DNA of 56,596 nt, filler included, from Dugesia japonica (taxonomy: Eukaryota), in the NCBI GenBank assembly GCA_001938525.1. It is 6 parts of 6 records of this genome, joined end to end, with 100 filler letters (N's around TTAATTAATTAA, not from the genome) between each part and the next. Parts side by side here need not be neighbours in the genome. Positions count along the whole stretch, not along the records: positions 48,266 to 56,596 come from MQRL01583816.1; 5 more parts are not named here. One strand, written 5' to 3'. The position numbers and the translations under genes were made by a program. Positions 51,121 to 56,596 of the stretch are shown in pieces. The notes beneath the pieces were generated by a model. That model had not been told where the DNA came from. It saw nothing but the letters and a program-made list of their open reading frames with translations, and searched no databases. Numbering within the stretch: the stretch's first letter is position 1; every line of letters starts with the position of its first letter.

Positions 51121-52749
51121 TTAGTTCATTAAGAGTCTTTTGATCATTCTTACTCATTTCATATATGTATAAGTCGTTAACACAAGTTTTCAATTTTAAT
51201 GGATCCTTATTAAAAAGTATTAATAAAGTAATTAATAAATCAAATATAACTTGAAAAGTATAATTGATAATTATCTGAAAGAAAACATTTCATATTTGAA
51301 GTAATTTCTTGGTTTTTCACACTTGAATATTAGTGTAGATGAATTTTCATTAGTAATAGTTTCTATAGTCTTCCTTTTAAAATAATGAATTAAAGATTAA
51401 ATTTATATAGGTTTTAAAAGAGGTGTATCATAATTAAAGACCTTGATGCGATTAAACAATTGATTTCAGAATATTCTTATTGAAATTATTTAAATAATTA
51501 ATAAATTTTTTTATTTAAAATGAAATAAATTTAATTAATAATTAATATTTATTTTTCTTATTATTATTATTAAAGTGGTTTAAATTCAGTAATTGTATTC
51601 ATTGTTCACCTTTCAAATGTTACTCTTAAAAGACGAATTGACTATAAAAAAATAAATTATTAAATGAATCTTTGAAAGAATAATATTGGAATATTTTAGG
51701 TAAAGCCTTTTCAAAATTATTATTAATAATACTTGGTAGATAATAATCCACATTTGGTCATTCTTTTAGAGGAAAGGTAAAATAAAAATATCAAAATAAC
51801 AAATTATTAAGATGACAAATATTATCTGTCGCTATAAGTTATTATTTAAGTATTATTTATTATGTAAGCAAGGTAATTAATTGACAGAGCTAACAATTTT
51901 ATTTTAATTAAATTATAATTTTAATACAATCTTACTTTAATAAATGACACTAATTATTTACAAACAATTACTTAAAATAACACAAACGTTAATAATCTTT
52001 TATAATAATATTGTCTTGAAATCTAATTAAAAATTACAATTACTAACTATAAAGTATTTCAATAGTAGTCGAATCTTCGGATATTAATAATATCAGAAAT
52101 AATATTTATAACAGAAATTTAATAATTCATATCTTTTTTAAACTATGCTTACTTATTACTGTTTCTCTCCACCTATATTAAAATAATCATTTTATCTTAT
52201 TTCATTTAATATTTTATTTTCAACTTTTCCTCACAATTCTATTTTTAGATATTGTAAAAGAAGTATTAGAATATTCAAGATTTTAAAATAAAATTAAAAT
52301 GTTGGTCAAAAGAAGAATATTGGAAGAATGTGAGTAATCTTTCTAATTTAAATATGGATGAATATCTACTTAAGTTTTATGAAGGGATCGATAATAGATG
52401 TGATTGTTACTATTGATGTTATGAAGTACTTAAAAACATACTTGTAAAGGAGATACGACCAAGGGAAACCGATAAGCAATCCAATTTATCGAAATAGATA
52501 TTAATTTTAAAAAAATTTTGTTTTTCACTTACTTTTTTTATTTAAATGTTCCTCGGCACACCGAAATAAAGTACTGGCTATATATAGCCAGTACTACTAT
52601 ATACTCTTTATGTATTAGATTTGATGATTTTTAACTTTGTTATTCGAACTCACCATAAAATTTCCAATCGAGTAGTATCAATTTCAATAATATTTAGGTA
52701 GTTTTGATATTTTTGAAAAATGTTATCAAATCCCGGAGGATAGCTGTAC

Positions 52750-54304
52750 CAGTGGCTTAGCCAAGGGGGGTTAAGGAGGTTTAACCCCCTTTTGGCGTAT
52801 GAAATTTATTTTTCGATACAACGTGGAGATTCCAAACTGAATATTCGAATATATTTGTGTGTTAATTAACTATTTGATATTAGAATATTTGGAAAAAATA
52901 TTCAAATATTTTTGAACGATACAAAATTTTAAATTGTAAAAATTCAATCAAAGTAAGCTTTGAAAAAAGTTTCAAAGAATCGCATTTTGAATTTTTGCAA
53001 TGTGTTTTATGTGACATTATTTTAGTTGGCTTTTAAAAAACAGTCGCAATAAGTAATTGTTGTTGAAGTCTGAATACATACATAACATTACAAAGTACAT
53101 ATATAACATAGCATGTAGGCAAAAAAAAACATAACAGCAACTTCGAATCAATATCTACAACAAGTTCGAATCAGCACCTGGAGGATTCAAACGAGTATTT
53201 GGTTTCAGCAGTCGATGCAACCCAATCAGATCAACGAACTTTATATTGTTATTGTGTTGGTGTAAATAATAACTCAATGATGTTTAAAACAGTGATTTAT
53301 TTTAGTTTTGTGATTAATTTTATTTGAAACATTTATTTTATTTATGATTATTTTGGACATTTATTTTTATTTTAAAAAAGTTTTGTTGTAAATAATATTT
53401 TTATTAAAAAAATTCAGTTTGTATTAACAGTTTATTTTAATGTAATCATCGATGTGTGTATAGCCTACATATTTAAAATCAGTATAAATACTGATTAGTT
53501 TTGGCTAATTTTTAGTGAAGTTTGATTCAACTAGAATCCGACCTCTCTGGTAAGGCATCTCTAGTTTGTTTCTAAAATCTTGCTTATAGGTTTAATACTA
53601 TAGTCATATTTTTATACACCAAAAATAAATTTATTTAAAGTATTTTGTATTGGTTATTTAAATAAGACGCATATTACTTTATCTATATTTTTCATTAACC
53701 AATATAGTTTATATAATACTGTACGAACATAAAAAGGGAAAATAAGCACCCGTAAAATTCGCAAACATATTATCAAGTAATAGTTATAAAATAATCGAAC
53801 CATAAATAACTTGTTGAGTAGAAATACCCAATATTGTTATTGTCATTAAAAATTATAATGATTAAAATAAATCGTAATCATTAATTTTTTTGGATATTTC
53901 TTATATTTCTTATAATAAATTATTAACAGGTTAAGAGATGTTATAGAATATTTAAAAAAACATCTTTAAAGCAATCTATTTTGCAACAAAATATAGTCCA
54001 AAAAATTGGGTGAAAACTGAAGTTAAAATTGGACATCAAAACAAGATGGAATTCTTTGATTGTAATAATTCGACGATTTTTAATTTTATCACTGTGACAC
54101 CTGTCTGTACTCTGTACTCTCAGTACACTATAATTATTTATCTTTTTCTTATGTCCCATACGTTGTCTCCGTACTTTAAAGAATAAGCTAATGACGTCAT
54201 TATTTAATACTTGGCGTCTGTCTTGTTTTATGTTAGTAAACAAAAACAAAGATTTTGAAAAAAATTTAAAACCCCTCCTTCACATATTCCTGGCTACGCT
54301 ACTG
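52750..54304. mobile_element. non-autonomous hAT element (1555 bp) nested in repeat copy 2
   Basis: TIRs CAGTGGCTTAGCCAAG / CCTGGCTACGCTACTG; 8-bp TSD AGCTGTAC/AACTGTAC; empty site GGCTGTAC at 49502-49509 in copy 1. Confidence 0.9.
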
Positions 54305-55666
54305 AACTGTACATATTCGTTAGGAAGCATTTTTCCGAGATGATATTTTAACTTCGCGCAGTCACTTTTACCTCCTGAGTAAAATTATATCAAATTTGAA
54401 TTAATAGCGGTCATCTGTGCACAGAGCTTTGAGTGATAAGCTCTCAATTTTGAGATTTTTTCACCACTAAATCTCATTTATTTCATCGAGTATTAACTTT
54501 GGCAACTTTAGGTTAACATATTTAGAATCAGCAAAATATTCTCTATCAAATAAGCACTTTCTTAACCTATTTTGAGAAAAATTATTTTTGAAAAATTCTT
54601 CGCAAAATACTGAGAAAACCTAAAAGGATCGCCTTAAAATCCTTAGTCAATATATGTAAAACTATTGCTGCTTAAAAAGCCTTTAAAAAATTTCCTAACT
54701 ATAAAGCTTATAATTTGAAATAAATTCGCCAAACATTTTAAAACACGATTAAAAAATACTTTGTGAGCTAAAATTTTCCCAACTAAATACACAGAGAAAT
54801 ACAAAACAGTAACGTAATAATACCTAATATGATGCAATTTTTAAATTGCCAACTAAATACAATTACTAAGTCAATCACAATTCAATCATTCACTCTTAAA
54901 ACGTAATATTTTATTCAATCTATCGCACAAAAACCTGTTGATTTATATTCTTAATTACTTATTCAATCTATATAATAAACTTTATTTACCAGTTACTAAC
55001 ACAGTCAAATACTCATTTAGTAAAATTAATTTTATGGAAATCCTTTATCTTCATTACTTATTTCATATAATTGACTCCAATAATTCAAATGATCTTTACA
55101 ATCATCTTCTGTGTTCATCTATCATTGATCGACTATCAACCATCTAATTATTCTCATAATTCACTATTTATCCTACAAATTAGTTTTTTTTAAGAATTTA
55201 ATTTAACTTAATACAAAAGTAATTAAGCAAAATAACAACTAAATTTATAACATTAACGAACATAAACTTAAAGTAAAATTTACATCAGATAAATTTGAAA
55301 TACGTAAAATTTATTTGAAAAATATAATCAAATATTCTATACCTCGAAAATCTATCCCATCATACAATAGAAACAATATTAACCTCTTATTGATTGCGTA
55401 ATAAAATTTACGTCAAAACAGGGGATACTTTATGCTATTATGTAATGGTGTTACGTAAATTTATCGTGACCTGAATACATTGGGAATACTGTTTGTTGAT
55501 TGCGTCATTAGATAAGTGTTCCTGTGCACCAATCATTCTCTACTTAAATATCATAGTGAAATTATATTTCTAAAATATAATTAACTTAATTTAATTAATT
55601 AATTTTTTTTATTTATCTATTATATATAAATTATATATACATTTGACGTTAATTTATTATACTCAC

Positions 55667-55975
55667 TTGTACTTATTTTCTAATATGAATACACTTTTAT
55701 CAGATTGGCTTTTAATTGTAACAATTTCATTTACTTTCAACATTGATTCAAATTTGATTTGTAAAAATTTTTTCTGTAATATTATGTTTAATAAAACATT
55801 TCAACTGCTTTAATACCTCTTTACAAACATGAATATTATACAAAATACATTCGGGATTGGTAGAATTAACATTTATATCCAAAGATTTATTCAAAGAAGC
55901 TTGTGTACAATCTTTCCCAGAAATGTGATTTAAGTAAACAATGATAAACAATAGAACTGTCAAAAGGAAATACAT
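55667..55975 (-). CDS. first exon of a putative secreted Cys-rich protein (probable 1-nt frameshift)
   Basis: Signal-peptide-like MYFLLTVLLFIIVYLNHISG, 4 Cys, N-glycosylation sequons; a shifted frame continues FESMLKVNE..ENKY to a GTGAGT donor at 55666. Confidence 0.45.
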
Positions 55976-56596
55976 TGAATAACTTTAAACAATAATCAAT
56001 AGATTCAATCAAGCACATTATATGTGTAAAGAAAACCATTGTTGTCATTGGTTATTCAATAAATGCTAATTAGCAATTAAATAAATTGACACAAAACATC
56101 ATTTTAAAAGTTAGAAATATTAAAAATGAGTTTTATATGGTTAATAATGTATTTCAAAATATATTAAAAATAAAAAATGAATCATTTACGTGATGAGCTT
56201 ATTTCGAAATGGTGATTGCTTTATTTCTCATCCAAAGCATGAAGTACCGATTTTCAAGTTCCTTCACCTTGTCTAGTTGTTTCAAATAGTTCATAAATGT
56301 TGGGTGTCTCATGACTCTTTAGCAAGAACTAGAATTGTTGTGCCTGTTGAAATTGTTCAACTTATCATTATCCTCTGCTGATGGACAAAATTATTTATCT
56401 ATTAGGGTTTTATAATTTTACTTGATTCCTATTGGTTGAAATTCTTTCTAATTATTTCCTTATAATTATGATTATTATTAGGCATATAATTAATTAACTA
56501 ATTAATTTATATAATATATGCATTTATATTTATATATGTATTTATATTTGTGTCACATAATTCTCATAGTAAGCTCTTCTCATGATAATTAATATT

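Noticed and set aside
56180-56390. HPNIYELF-like MULE tail on the minus strand
   Set aside because: Too short and degraded to support a call

Overview
Very AT-rich eukaryotic (invertebrate animal-like) genomic DNA with tiny 40-55 nt GT-AG introns; the taxon cannot be assigned. Five identical 100-nt N44-TTAATTAATTAA-N44 linkers split the window into six pieces, so adjacency across them is unproven. Host genes (all partial): CAND1 (8 exons), an ankyrin-repeat gene built from tandem 149-nt exon+intron units, an astacin metalloprotease with at least 5 ShK domains, and a possible secreted Cys-rich protein. Most other recognisable sequence is decayed transposons: four mariners, Merlin, hAT, MULE, piggyBac-like and hAT MITEs, a plant-type DD39D-like fragment, a deleted mini-LTR element and a Polinton/Maverick-type capsid relic. 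The most unusual feature is piece 5 (39755-48165, minus strand): a Ty3/Gypsy pol (PR-RT-RH-IN) with a chuvirus/gB-like envelope glycoprotein tail fused in frame UPSTREAM of the protease. Downstream of pol lie a second membrane-anchored Thr-rich protein, a long Gln-rich/acidic ORF and small spliced ORFs, suggesting a multi-gene enveloped retroelement with env-pol order. All family assignments come from motif recognition by eye, not database searches.
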